The notes beneath the pieces were generated by a model. That model did no database searches, was not told where the DNA came from, and saw nothing but the letters and a program-made list of their open reading frames with translations. 64,000 bases of DNA from Eledone cirrhosa (lineage: Eukaryota). The stretch's first letter is position 1. The number at the start of each line of letters is the position of its first letter. The stretch covers positions 65,844,001 through 65,908,000 of the forward strand of contig OZ024743.1 of the NCBI GenBank assembly GCA_964016885.1, in the 5' to 3' direction. The position numbers and the translations under genes are program-made. Positions 46,573 through 60,982 of the stretch are shown piece after piece.

Positions 46573-48204
46573 GTTCTTAGAAATAATTGTTTCTACTTTA
46601 GGCACAAGGCCAGCAATAAGATGTTCTTAGAAATAATGAAAGGACATTTGGAAATGTTCTAATTTTATTACTAACCCTACCACCACCTTCGCCATTACAA
46701 CCACCACCACCACCACCAACATCACTATCACTACAACCCCCCCCCCCCACACACACACCAACCACCGCCACCCCCACCCCCACCACCAGAACCACCACCA
46801 GAACCACCAACACAACCACCGCCACCGCCACCACCATCACCATCACCACCGCCGCCGCCGCGCCACCACCACCACCACAAAAAGTGGCCGGGGTGGTAAG
46901 AACCAACAACAAAAGAATTTAAAAGAAGATAAGATAATCTACCAGTATGGAATGAGGTGTTAAGTTATGAAATAGGAGTAATAAAGAAAGAAAGAAAGAA
47001 AGAAAGGAAGAAAGGACGAAAGAAAGAAAGGACGAAAGAAAGAAAGGACGAAAGAAAGAAAGAAAGAAAGAGAGAAAGAAAGAAAGAAAGTGAGTGAGTA
47101 AGTAAATGTTAAAGCTAGGTTTCACATTCATATTGAGGCTTACCATTAAACTTATCTTATGCCTGGCTAGTAAACGTATTTACAGTTTCCCTTACTGAAC
47201 AACTGTGGTAGAGGTGAGTAAAATAAATAGAATGTTGAATGAAGGAATAAAAGAATGAATGAATACGTATTTACTTCTAACTGTTCTAAAGAAGAACATA
47301 TTGGATAATACCATGGTATATACAAAATGTGAAAACGCATCCTTAGAACAGCTTTGCTGTCAAATACAGCGATGGGCAAAAATGCCTTAGAGGACAGAGA
47401 CCAGCGGCTAGTGGTCAACAGAGAGATTATCTACAATTTTATTGAGAGATTTAATTAAATCGTGCGAAACCATTTTGCTGGTTTGAGAACTGATGAGGGT
47501 GAAGATATGTGTTTGTAAACTCGTCTTGAACACCACCTTTCTTTATTTCCTTCTTCCAGTCACTTCTATGCGCCAACACACTCCTCCTTGTTCTCCTCCT
47601 CCTCCCTTAATCCTTTCTATATTTCATTTGTCTGTCACCCACCTTTTAGATTGTCTCTCTGTTGACCACAGGCCACTAGTCTCTCTCCTTTGAGGCATTT
47701 CTGCCCATCACTGTCTCTGACAGCATTTAGCTGTTTTAACGGCTGTTCTAGCGATAATTTTTCTCATTTTATACGTATTCGAATACACTCACGCTACGTC
47801 TCAATCAGAAATAACATAATTTTTTCATTTACATTGGATAATGTACTCCTAAATAACTCTATATCCAGATTTAAATACTAGAAGCACATCAGAGGTAGCA
47901 AACCCGAACAAATTCGACTACAGATTGTAAAACACCAAATGAAACAACTGATATATGTATATAAATATCCTTCTAGTGGTGTGTATTATAAAGCTACATA
48001 CACATGTAACTTCATGATGCAATAAAGCTACATGTACATGAATACTTCTAAAGGTGTCTAAAATAGGGTCAAAACCCTTAAATGACAGAAAAAGAAGTTG
48101 CTAACTGCAGATATGAGGTTCAATTCCTCATAGCAGCCAATGGCAACTTCTTTTTCCGTCTTTTAAGGACCTTCATCTTATTATATAAGCTATCTTTATA
48201 GCAT

Positions 48205-48425
48205 TTCTTTTCTGGTAGTTTCTTCCCATGCACAACTCACCTATGGAATCTCCTTCCATCCTCTTGCTTTCTTCACCACTATAATCTACAAACATTCAAA
48301 AGCAACATCAATCGTCAACTTCATCTCCTTAAATTATGTTCTCTCCGTTTTGTCATTTTCTCTTCTCAGTAACCCCTTTTATTTTAGTGGCTTTATTACT
48401 TAGCTGGGCGGGAGTAAATTAAAGA
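48205..48425 (+). mobile_element. 3' end of a CR1/Jockey-group LINE
   Basis: SFFPCTTHLWNLLPSSCFLHHYNLQTFKSNINRQL resembles the conserved ORF2 C-terminus (FF.RT..LWN.LP..YNL..FK). Confidence 0.65.
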
Positions 48426-48541
48426 ATAATGTCCGGTAGTGTAATATGTTAACCCTTTATTTTATTTATATGATGTATATACGTATATATATTTGTATAT
48501 ATCTATGTATATATGATGTATGTTTGTATGTATGTATATAT

Positions 48542-48592
<51 letters not shown>

Positions 48593-49043
48593 AGATAATA
48601 ATGAGTATAACCGAAGGTGCAACTGCGAGGAGCAGATTGACAATCAATTTTCGAAGGTGTTACAAAGCACTCAATAAGAGAGTAATAGATTATTCCCCAG
48701 AGTAATCACAGTAAAGTAGGTAATAGTGACACAATGAAAAAGGCGACAAGATGCATGTTGCCACCTTAATACTACAACAACGAAAATAGAAAATGTTAAA
48801 AGATGAACCTGAATACAGACAGGTTAAATATATATATATATATATGTATATATATCCGTTCGGATCTAGCTGTCGAAACGGCGGGAGCTCAGCCGTAGGG
48901 GTCCTGACTCTTTTCCCATTACCCACTCTACTATCCTAAGTATCGAGTTGTATCGAGTACTCTGGTGCGTTATGGTCCACCTGGTATCTCACCACGCCAT
49001 TGTTATATATATATATACAATACAACAGGAGGAAACATAATAG

Positions 49044-49189
<146 letters not shown>

Positions 49190-49344
49190 TTTTAACCGTT
49201 GGTCAATCAAAGATTAACGTTGATTGCCAAATAAATTAACTATGGAGATATAAAAGATACAGAAGCGAAAACCAACCAAACAGTGAGTGTGTTCTGTTAT
49301 TATTTCTGGCAATATTATTATAACAATATGATCCTCCCCAAGTA

Positions 49345-49454
<110 letters not shown>

Positions 49455-49586
49455 TTTGTTTATTCTTTTGTTTATTCTTATGTTTATTTTTACGTTTATT
49501 TTAATTTTATTTGTTCTCCTTCCCCCTTCCTTTTAAATGTATCCCCCCCCCCACCCCGCTGAACTCTCTTCCTAACCTATTTACTC

Positions 49587-49614
49587 CTGAAGAAGGGCTT
49601 ATGCCCGAAACGTC
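49587..49614 (+). ncRNA. Minimal hammerhead core
   Basis: CTGAAGA A GGGC TTAT GCCC GAAA CG TC, with stem I unpaired. Degenerate relative at 34510-34538. Confidence 0.6.
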
Positions 49615-49695
49615 CCCCCACCCCTCACTCTCAAAAGCGTGAACCTAATAAACCTTTATTTGTCTGCCTCTCTGTTTTGTTCCCGTATAAATTTG

Positions 49696-49730
<35 letters not shown>

Positions 49731-50034
49731 TATTAAGGCTAGTTACTACAGCAGCACTAACTGTTTACTTTTTCTTTAATCAATTAATGATTTACTTTAA
49801 TGAGTCACTTACATTAGGATTATAATCAACCATTTTTCGTATCCTTATCTGGTTAATACTTTATAATCTTTAGATTTCTTCTTCATTTATTTCTTCATTT
49901 GTCTTAGTTTATTTACCATAAGATTCATACTTACTTTTATAATTTTTTAGTAACATTTTATAATCTTTATCTTATTTCCACCATCACCTCACGTTGGTTT
50001 ATAGCTCAGGGTCTGTGGACTTTAAATTTAGTAC

Positions 50035-50199
50035 CCTCGTAGTGGAAGACTGTTGTTTCTGATTTGTGGCAGGCATTATCTGAGGATAGAAGAAATTCCG
50101 TCGCCATCAAATAATCCGCAGCCCTGATGACCAGCTTGATGAAACGGAAAATATTTATTCAAAAATGATATACAGAACAATATGGAAATAGGGAGGAGC
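50035..50199 (-). other. Candidate host exon with possible start codon
   Basis: Acceptor ttgatttcAG, ATG at 50107-50105 giving MATEFLLSSDNACHKSETTVFHYE, weak donor GG|GTACTA. No homology recognised. Confidence 0.2.
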
Positions 50200-50214
50200 C
50201 TGAAATCAAGCGCG

Positions 50215-50271
<57 letters not shown>

Positions 50272-50389
50272 TGTAGGTGTGAGTGTATGTGTGTGTGTGT
50301 TCATGTGTGTGTGTGTTCATGTGTGTGTGTGTGTATATATGTGTGTGTGTGTATGTGTGGGTACGTATTTAAATATATGGTATTATATA

Positions 50390-50582
50390 GGCGGTGATTG
50401 GCAGTATCGGTAGAGGGTCGGACGCCATGTTTTAAAGCATAGAGTTACGTCCCTTTATGGTCTGAGTTCAAATCCTGCTGAAATTAACTTTGCCTTTCAT
50501 CCTTGCGGGAGTCAATAAAATAAAGTGGCAGTAATGCACTGGTGCAATTGCTGGGCTTGTGCCAAATGTCGAAACAATTATA
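50390..50582 (+). mobile_element. SINE family A
   Basis: Matches the consensus. Confidence 0.85.
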
Positions 50583-50818
50583 TGGTATTAACTAGATATT
50601 CAAGGTTCTAACAGTTTCATAGTTTTGTTGACAAAGACAATTATTCTCCATTATCAGAAGATCTATGTTCGGCCTGTCATCATTTATGATCAGCTGTGAC
50701 TTAATATTTGTGACGACAAATGTATGTATGTATGTATGTATGTATGTATGTATGTATGTATGTATGTATGTATGTATGTATGTATGTATGTATGTATGTA
50801 TGTATGTATGTATGTATG

Positions 50819-51955
50819 TTGGCGACTAAACTGGCAACCCCACCAAGGTTTCTTGGTGAGGAGGGTGACTTTGGACATCCTGCAGGACTAAAAACAAAAC
50901 CTGTCAAAGGGCAAAGGAGCTCTTAAGAGTCAATGGCCATCCAAAATCACTGGGAGAGATGACCCCTTAGCCTTTGTCAAGGCAGAATTCTAGGAGAAGG
51001 AAAACTCTGATATAACACCTGCAACCCTGATGGTATCCAATGATGTTGACTTGTTCTTCTTTTTGGTAAATATCATCTTGGTTAAGAGAGTGGGATTGGC
51101 TTTGTGCAGTGCCTTTGCTCACTATAAAAGCTTCACGGCACAGGCATTGCTTTATATCTGGAGATTTCTCTGCACTTGGGCCCAGCACTATGTGTCAATA
51201 ATTGTCACAAGTGTAGTGTTTGTACCAGAGTTTTCAAGTCGCTGGCTGGACTAAAAAGTCACACTAGTTCAGCGCATCGGTGGGGGTTCTCCTACATGGA
51301 TATAAAGTAGTGGCCGTACTCGAAAACGAGTTGGCAGCCACCATATATGTATGTATGTATATATGCATGTATGTATGTATATATGTATGTATATATGTAT
51401 GTATGTATGTATATATGTATGTATATGTGTATGTATGTATATATATATGTATGTATATATATATGTATATATATATGTATGTATATATATCTGTATGTAT
51501 ATGTATATATGTATGTATATATATCTGTATGTATATATATATACGGGAGATATGACCCCTTAGCCTTTGTCAAGGCAGAATTCTAGGAGAAGGAAAACTC
51601 TGATATAACACCTGCAGCCCTGATGGTATCCAATGATGTTGACTCGTTCTTCTTTTTGGTAAATATCATCTTGGTTAAGAGAGTGGGACTGGCTTTGTGC
51701 ATTGCCTTTGCTCACTATAAAGCTTCACGGCACAGGCATTGCTTTATATCTGGAGATCTCTCTGCACTTGTCGTCACATGGTACCATGGGCCCTGCACTG
51801 TGTCAATAATTGTCATAAGTGTAGTGTTTGTACCAGAGTTTTCAAGTCGCTGGCTGGACTTAAAAGTCACACTCGTTCAGCGCATCGGTAGGGGTTCCCC
51901 TACATGGATATAAAGTAGTGGCCGTACTCGAAAACGAGTTGGCAGCCACCACCAT
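50819..51955 (+). mobile_element. Two tandem 5'-truncated copies of (ATGT)n-tailed RTE-like non-autonomous element
   Basis: 50819-51343 and 51545-51955 are near identical. Both contain ctaggagaaggaaaactctga (as in RTE 5' UTRs) and end gttggcagccacc-(ATGT)n. Confidence 0.75.
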
Positions 51956-52008
51956 GTATGTATGTGTGTATGTATGTATATATATATATGTATGTATGTA
52001 TATATATG

Positions 52009-52042
<34 letters not shown>

Positions 52043-52499
52043 TGTATGTACGTATGTATGTATGCATGTGTATGTACATACACATATACATACATATATG
52101 TCTGTTTATTCGTTTATATACAGGCACACTGACTCGCAAGCAAAATGTATATATACAACTATGTATTTGTATGAGTGTGTGTGTGTGTGTATGAGTGTGT
52201 GTGTGGGTGTGTGTGTGTGTGTGTATGTGTGTGTTTGTGTGTGTGTGCGTGTATGTGTGGGTGTGTGTGTATGTGTGTGTGTGTATGTGTGGGAGTATGT
52301 GTATGTGTGCGTGTGTGTGTGTATGTGTGTGTATGAGTGTGTGTGTGTATGTGTGGGTGTGCGTGTATGTGTATGTCTGTGTGTGTCTGTGTGTGTCAAC
52401 AAAGATGTATATATACATAGACTGCAGACAAATATATAATGACATAGATAGATGGGTAGACAAAGAGACAGAAAGATAGCTAGAGATAAATAGATAGGT

Positions 52500-53109
52500 A
52501 GATAAGAGAATAGAAAGAGAGAGAGAGAGGGAGAGGGAGGGAGAGAGGGAGAGGGAGGGAGAAATGGAGAGTGAGAGAGAAATAGATGAAATAGATACCA
52601 AGATAAAAGAAAAGAGAGATGGAGAGAGGGATGGAGAGAGAAGGATGGGGAGAGAGGGATGGAGAGAGAGAGATGGAGAGAGAAGGATGGGGAGAGAGGG
52701 ATGGAGAGAGAAGGATGGGGAGAGAAGGATGGGGAGAGAAGGATGGGAGAGGGATGTAGAGAGGGATGGAGAGAGGGATGGAGAGAGGGATTGAGAGAGG
52801 GATGGAGAGAGAAGGATGGGGAGAGAGTGGTGGAGAGAGGGATGGAGAGAGAGGGATGGAGAGAGAAGGATGGGGAGAGAGGGATGGAGAGAGGGATGGA
52901 GAGAGAAGGATGGGGAGAGAGGGGTAGAGAGAGGGATGGAGAGAGAGGGATGGAGAGAGAAGGATGGGGAGAGAGAGGGATGGAGAGAGAAGGATGGGGA
53001 GATAGGGATGGAGAGAGGTGGAGAGAGAGGGATGGAGAGAGAGGGGGAGACATTAGATACCAAGATAAAGAAAAGAAGAGCAAGAAAAAAGAGAGCTGGA
53101 CTGAGTGAT

Positions 53110-53192
<83 letters not shown>

Positions 53193-54012
53193 GAGAGAGA
53201 GAAATAGACGCTGCATGTGTAGATTCAATGAACATTTGTGGGGCGGTGGGGCATGGAGATTGAGGGGGTAGTGATGGGTGGTGGTGGTGGGGAGATTGAG
53301 GGGGGGGGGCATAGGTTATAATTAGTTTAGGTTGTCTAGCAGTCGGGGTATCGTATGGAACAGTGTTGTTGTTGTTATTGCAGCTGCTACTGCTCGTGTT
53401 GGTGGTGGCGGTGATGGTGGTGGCGGTGGTGGTGATAATGGTAATGGTGGTGGTGATGATGATGGTGGTGATAGTGATGATAATAATGGTGGTGGTGATG
53501 ATGGTGGTGGTGGTGGTGGTGGTGATGATGGTGGTAGTTATGGTGGTGGTTGTGGTTGTTATGGTGATGATGGTAATGGTGGTGGTGGTGATGGTGGTAG
53601 TGGTGGCTCTGGTGGTTATGGTGATGATGGTGGTGGTGGTGGTGGTGATGATGATGGTGGTGATGGTGATGGTGGTGGTTATGGTGGTGGTTGTGGTGGC
53701 GACGGTGATGATGATGGTGATGGTAGTGATGATGTTGGTGGTGGTGATGATTGTGGTGGTGGTGGTGATGGTAGTGATGATGGTGATGCTGATGATGATG
53801 ATGGTAGTGGTAGTGATAATGGTGGTGATAGTCGTGATGGTGGTGATGATGATAATAGTGATGGTTATGGTGTTAGTTATGATGATACTGGCTATGGTGA
53901 TGGTGTTAATGCTGATGATGCTGGTGATGACGATGGTGGTGGTAATGGTGGTGGTAGTGATAATGGTGGTGGTAATGATGGTGGTGGTAATGTTGGTGGT
54001 GGTGGTCATGAT
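52500..54012. repeat. (GGAGAGAGGGAT)n-like purine repeat and (GGT/GAT)n microsatellite
   Basis: Direct reading. Confidence 0.9.
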
Positions 54013-54470
54013 GAGTATGACTGTGATAGTGTTGATAAAGTCATCGCTGCAGTTTGTCTTTAGCCCCAAGTAAGTCTAGAGGAGGCGGACCTATGATCAA
54101 AGGTATTCCATCCATGAACACCCCACCCAATCTTTAACTAAAACGTAATATTCCCTTGTGGCTATATTAATTATCCTGGGACTCTAGCCACATTTCATCT
54201 TGTTTATCGGAGCCCTCACCGATCTGTCATTGCAACATGTACCGATGAGGCTCTCTCAGATTGACAATATATTACCTCTGGTCTTCTATAAGGTTTCTTC
54301 ACCCCCAACATCATCTATATATTACTATACTCCACTCCTCAATAATCCTTTGCACATATTCTACATCCACACACAACCTAGAAACTTTAGACTAATCTCA
54401 CAAAAACTCCATGAACTAGGATTTCGAAAACTTTTTTGATATGGAGTCATATCCATTTAGTCTCCTTTAA

Positions 54471-57400
54471 CAACGCCAGGATACTGACACTGGACATAAC
54501 ACAACCCCAAGATACTGACACTGGACATAACACAACGCCAGCATACTGACAGTGGACATAACACAACGCCAGGATACTGACACTGGACATAACACAACGC
54601 CAAGATACTGACACTGGACATAACACAACGCCAGGATACTGACACTGGACATAACACAACGCCAAGATACTGACACTGGACATAACACAACGCCAGGATA
54701 CTGACACTGGACATAACACAACGCCAAGATACTGACACTGAACATAACACAACGCCAAGATACTGACACTGGACATAACACAACGCCAGGATACTGACAC
54801 TGGACATAACACAACGCCAAGATACTGACACTGGACATAACACAACGCCAGGATACTGACACAGGACATAACACAACGCCAGGATACTGCCACTGGACAT
54901 AACACAACGCCAGGATACTGACACTGAACATAACACAACCCCAAGATACTGACACTGGACATAACACAACGCCAGGATACTGACACTGGACATAACACAA
55001 CCCCAAGATACTGACACTGGACATAACACAACGCCAAGATACTGACACTGGACATAACACAACGCCAGGATACTGCCACTGGACATAACACAACGCCAGG
55101 ATACTGACACTGAACATAACACAACGCCAGGATACTGACACTGAACATAACACAACGCCAGGATACTGACACTGAACATAACACAACGCCAGGATACTGA
55201 CACTGGACATAACACAACGCCAGGATACTGACACTGGACATAACACAACGCCAAGATACTGACAGGGAACATAACACGACGCCAAGATACTGACACTGGA
55301 CATAACACAACGCCAGGATACTGACACTGAACATAACACAACGCCAGGATACTGACACTGGACATAACACAACGCCAGGATACTGACACTGGACATAACA
55401 CAACGCCAAGATACTGACAGGGAACATAACACAACGCCAAGATACTGACACTGGACATAACACAAAGCCAGGATACTGACACTGAACATAACACAACGCC
55501 AGGATACTGACACTGGACATAACACAACGCCAAGATACTGACACTGAACATAACACAACGCCAGGATACTGACACTGAACATAACACAACGCCAGGATAC
55601 TGACACTGGACATAACACAACGCCAGGATACTGACACTGGACATAACACAACGCCAAGATACTGACACTGAACATAACACAACGCCAGGATACTGACACT
55701 AAACATAACACAACGCCAGGATACTGACACTGAACATAACACAACGCCAGGATACTGACACTGGACATAACACAACGCCAGGATACTGACACTGAACATA
55801 ACACAACGCCGAGATACTGACACTGGACATAACACAACCCCAAGATACTGACACTGGACATAACACAACGCCAGCATACTGCCACTGGACATACCACAAC
55901 GCCAAGATACTGACACTGGACATAACACAACGCCAGGATACTGACACTGAACATAACACAACGCCAGGATACTGACACTGGACATAACACAACGCCAAGA
56001 TACTGACACTGAACATAACACAACGCCAGGATACTGACACTGAACATAACACAACGCCATGATACTGACAGTGGACATAACACAACGCCAGGATACTGAC
56101 ACTGGACATAACACAACGCCAAGATACTGACACTGAACATAACACAACGCCATGATACTGACACTGAACATAACACAACGCCAGGATACTGACACTGGAC
56201 ATAACACAACGCCAAGATACTGACACTGAACATAACACAACGCCAAGATACTGACACTGAACATAACACAACGCCAGGATACTGACACTGGACATAACAC
56301 AACGCCAAGATACTGACACTGAACATAACACAAGGACAAGATACTGACACTGAACATACCACAACGCCAAGATACTGACACTGGACATAACACAACCCCA
56401 AGATACTGACACCGGACATAACACAACGCCAGGATACTGACACTGGACATACCACAACGCCAAGATACTGACACTGGACATAACAGAACCCCAGGATACT
56501 GACACTGAACATAACACAACGCCAACATACTGACACTGAACATAACAGAACGCCAGGATACTGACACTGGACATAACACAACGCCAGGATACTGACACTG
56601 AACATAACACAAGGACAAGATACTGACACTGGACATAACACAACGCCAAGATAATGACACTGAACATAACCCAACGCCAAGATACTGACACTGAACATAG
56701 CCCAACGCCAAGATACTGACACTGAACATAACCCAACGCCAAGATACTGACACCGGACATACCACAACGCCAGGATACTGACACTGGACATAACACAACG
56801 CCAAGATACTGACACTGAACATAACCCAACGCTAAGATACTGACACCGGACATACCACAACGCCAGGATACTGACACTGGACATAACACAACGCCAAGAT
56901 ACTGACACTGGACATAACCCAACGCCAAGATACTGACACAGGACATACCACAACGCCAGGATACTGACACTGGACATACCACAACGCCAGGATACTGACA
57001 CTGGACATAACACAACGCCAAGATACTGACACTGGACATACCACAACGCCAAGATACTGACACTGGACATAACACAACGCCAGGATACTGACACTGGACA
57101 TAACACAACGCCAAGATACTGACACTGAATATAACACAACGCCAGGATACTGACACTGAACATAACACAACGCCAAGATACTGACACTGAATATAACACA
57201 ACGCCAAGATACTGACACTGGACATAACACAACGCCAGGATACTGACACTGGACATACCACAACGCCAGGATACTGACACAGGACATAACACAACGCCAG
57301 GATACTGCCACTGAACATAACACAACGCCAGGATACTGACACTGAATATAACACAACGCCAGGATACTGACACTGGACATACCACAACGCCAGGATACTG

Positions 57401-58625
57401 ACACTGGACATACCACAACGCCAGGATACTGACACAGGACATAACACAACGCCAGGATACTGCCACTGAACATAACACAACGCCAAGATACTGACACTGA
57501 ATATAACACAACGCCAGGATACTGACACTGGACATACCACAACGCCAAGATACTGACACTGGACATAACACAACGCCAAGATACTGACACTGAATATAAC
57601 ACAACGCCAAGATACTGACACTGGACATACCACAACGCCAAGATACTGACACTGAACATAACACAACCCCAAGATACTGACACTGAACAAAACACAACGC
57701 CAAGATACTGACACTGGACATACCACAACGCCAGGATACTGACACTGAACATAACACAACGCCAAGATACTGACACTGGACATAACACAACGCCAAGATA
57801 CTGACACTGGACATACCACAACGCCAAGATACTGACACTGGACATACCACAACGCCAAGATACTGACACTGGACATACCACAACGCCAAGATACTGACAC
57901 TGAACATAACACAACGCCAAGATACTGACACTGGACATAACACAACGCCAAGATACTGACACTGGACATAACACAACGCCAAGATACTGACGCTGGACAT
58001 AACACAACGCCAAGATACTGACACTGGACATACCACAACGCCAAGATACTGACACTGGACATACCACAACGCCAAGATACTGACACTGGACATAACACAA
58101 CGCCAAGATACTGACACTGGACATAACACAACGCCAAGATACTGACACTGGACATAACACAACGCCAAGATACTGACGCTGGACATAACACAACGCCAAG
58201 ATACTGACACTGGACATAACACAACGCCAAGATACTGACACTGGACATAACACAACGCCAAGATACTGACACTGGACATAACACAACGCCAAGATACTGA
58301 CACTGGACATAACACAACGCCAGGATACTGACACTGGATATAACACAACGCCAAGATACTGACACTGAACATAACACAACCCCAAGATACTGACACTGAA
58401 CATAACACAACCCCAAGATACTGACACTGAACATAACACAACCCCAAGATACTGACACTGGACATAACACAACGCCAAGATACTGACACTGGACATAACA
58501 CAACGCCAGGATACTGACACTGAATATAACACAACGCCAGGATACTGACACGGAATATAACAACGCCAGGATATTGACACGGAACATAATACAACGCCAG
58601 GATACTGACACTGAACATAACACAA
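54471..58625. repeat. 31-bp minisatellite, about 134 copies
   Basis: Unit caacgccaRgatactgacactgRacataaca repeated without spacers over about 4.15 kb. Confidence 0.97.
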
Positions 58626-58999
58626 ATATTCACGTAGACACCTCCACCAGTCCTGAAGTCCCAAAGAACATGCAACTAAAATCCTTTACGTAACTACAAA
58701 TGCTAGGTCACAGAGTCAATCAACAACCTTGACGGCGATCTCACTTCTTCTTCTTCGTTAGTTCCATATATTTCCTATGGAATATTGGAGATCCCCATTC
58801 CGCACGGTTACAACACCTGTCACATGCAATAGTTGGTTATTTCTGTAGCAAATTTAATTAATGGAGGCAATATTGCTAGCTTCACATCTCCAACACAGTA
58901 GAATTGCATTCCCAAATATGGCCTACTCTTTACTCCCCATTTACTCTCTCTTTCTTTCTCTCTTTTTTGTAGTAACCGGCCTTAATCATATATATATAT

Positions 59000-59065
<66 letters not shown>

Positions 59066-59070
<5 letters not shown>

Positions 59071-59595
59071 TATTGAAGTTTGCTTGAAGCATTGTGGAAC
59101 AATAAGTAAATATCTTTAAGTCGTTTGGAAGCCTCGACAATGCAAATGGGTCAATTTCCGGGTAACAAGGTCCGGTGGTGGAGAGAGAGATGTAAGTGGG
59201 TGTACGTTGAGATGCGTGGTGTGTATAAGATGTGTGAGATGTGTAGAATGAAGGGAAGAGTATAAAGGATAAAATAAAAATAACAACACAAGAGAGAGTT
59301 ACCTTGGGAGAGATTTAATAGTCCCTATATATTTCGGATTCACCCCGGAAAAAAACCCCAGTTGATGGATATGAATCCGAAATATATAGGGACTATTAAA
59401 TCTCTCCCAAGGTAACTCTCTCTTGTGTTGTTATTTTAATTTTATCCTTTATACTCTTCCCTTCATTCTACACATCTCACACATCTTATACACACCACGC
59501 ATCTCAACGTACACCCACTTACATCTCTCTCTCCACCACCGGACCTTGTTACCCGGAGATTTCCCCATTTGCATTGTCGAGGCTTCCAAACGACT

Positions 59596-59599
<4 letters not shown>
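59066..59599. mobile_element. Fold-back mini-element, arms about 225 bp
   Basis: Arms about 59116-59342 and 59372-59599. Degenerate hammerhead CCC CAGTTGA T GGAT ATGA ATCC GAAA TATA TA GGG at 59356-59391. Confidence 0.85.
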
Positions 59600-59641
<42 letters not shown>

Positions 59642-59645
<4 letters not shown>

Positions 59646-60178
59646 GATAAATCTACCAAGAGTTTACGGTAGTGTCCAATCCGTATGAAGAACTCAATGT
59701 AATCCGGATATCATGGAAAGAAGAGATGCAATGAAAAATCACTTTCGGTGAAAGATAAACGGAATACAGAGTCAAGATAAAATATTAAAAAAATAATGAA
59801 TAAAACAATGAAACAGTTCCTTATATTAAACAAAAAAAGTTCATTATTTAACGATCATTTCTAGAATATATATGTGTTAGAATTGGCATGCATATTCAAC
59901 AGATCTATGTACAAAATTATACAAAATTATACAAACTATCAAAATTAAATATACAAACTAACACATATATATGCCGTCTTCTGAAGACGGCATATATATG
60001 TGTTGGTATGTATATTTAATTTTGATAGTTTGTATAATTTTGTATAATTTTGTACATAGATCTGTTGAATATGCATGCCAATTCTAACACATATATATCC
60101 TAGAAACGATCGTTAAATAATGAACTTTTTTTGTTTAATATAAGGAACTGTTTCATTGTTTTATTCATTATTTTTTTA

Positions 60179-60188
<10 letters not shown>
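59642..60188. mobile_element. Fold-back mini-element centred on CTGAAGA
   Basis: gccgtcttc T gaagacggc centre at 59982, arms about 205 bp, tail at 59642-59775. Confidence 0.9.
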
Positions 60189-60226
<38 letters not shown>

Positions 60227-60265
60227 ATAAATAAGTCAAATATTTACAATTTGGCTTCGTTTATT

Positions 60266-60320
60266 ACTGCTATATATATTTCGGTGACAGCCATCTTTGG
60301 CTGTGACCTCTTCAGGCAGT
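60266..60320 (-). ncRNA. Type I hammerhead ribozyme motif
   Basis: Reverse complement ACTGC CTGAAGA GGTCACAGCCA AAGA TGGCTGTCACC GAAA TATATA TA GCAGT. All three stems present. Confidence 0.85.
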
Positions 60321-60558
60321 CCGAGGTGTCGTAAACAAGCAATATATACTAAAAAAAAAAAATAAATATATATATTTATATATATATAACGGGTTCAATC
60401 GGGGGTAACCACAGTAAGTAAGGTATTCAATACATAGCAGAGTATAAATATGTAATATAGAAATGGCTTCTACAGGACTAGAACTGTTTCATTCGGGAGA
60501 AATCATCAGGGCTTCCAGATGATTTCTCCCGAATGAAAGAGTTCTAGTCCTGTAGCAC

Positions 60559-60661
<103 letters not shown>

Positions 60662-60866
60662 AAAAAATATGACCCCGACGGCAGATCTCAAGCAGTTTCG
60701 ACGGGTATTTCAAGAACGTCGGATAGAATGTAGAACGAGTCTAGAAATAACTGTCGAAACGGCTTGAGCTCTGCCGTCGGGGTCATACTTTTTCCTATTA
60801 CCCACCCTAAGTACTGAATACTTTGGTGCGTTATGGTCCATCTGGTTCCTTCCCACAATTCCTTCA

Positions 60867-60982
<116 letters not shown>

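Noticed and set aside
50124-50150. CTGATGA...GAAACGG hammerhead-like match
   Set aside because: No convincing stems I-III and not in a TA-flanked element; likely chance.
51900-54073. Ser/Leu/Pro, Gly/Asp and Thr-rich ORFs
   Set aside because: Derived from purine-rich and (GGT/GAT)n simple repeats.
54471-58625. CRISPR array
   Set aside because: Repeats are contiguous with no unique spacers, there are no cas genes, and the context is eukaryotic.
54447-58675. 407-1402 aa Cys/Val-rich ORFs
   Set aside because: They are translations of the 31-bp minisatellite. The same peptide appears in all three frames because 31 is not a multiple of 3.
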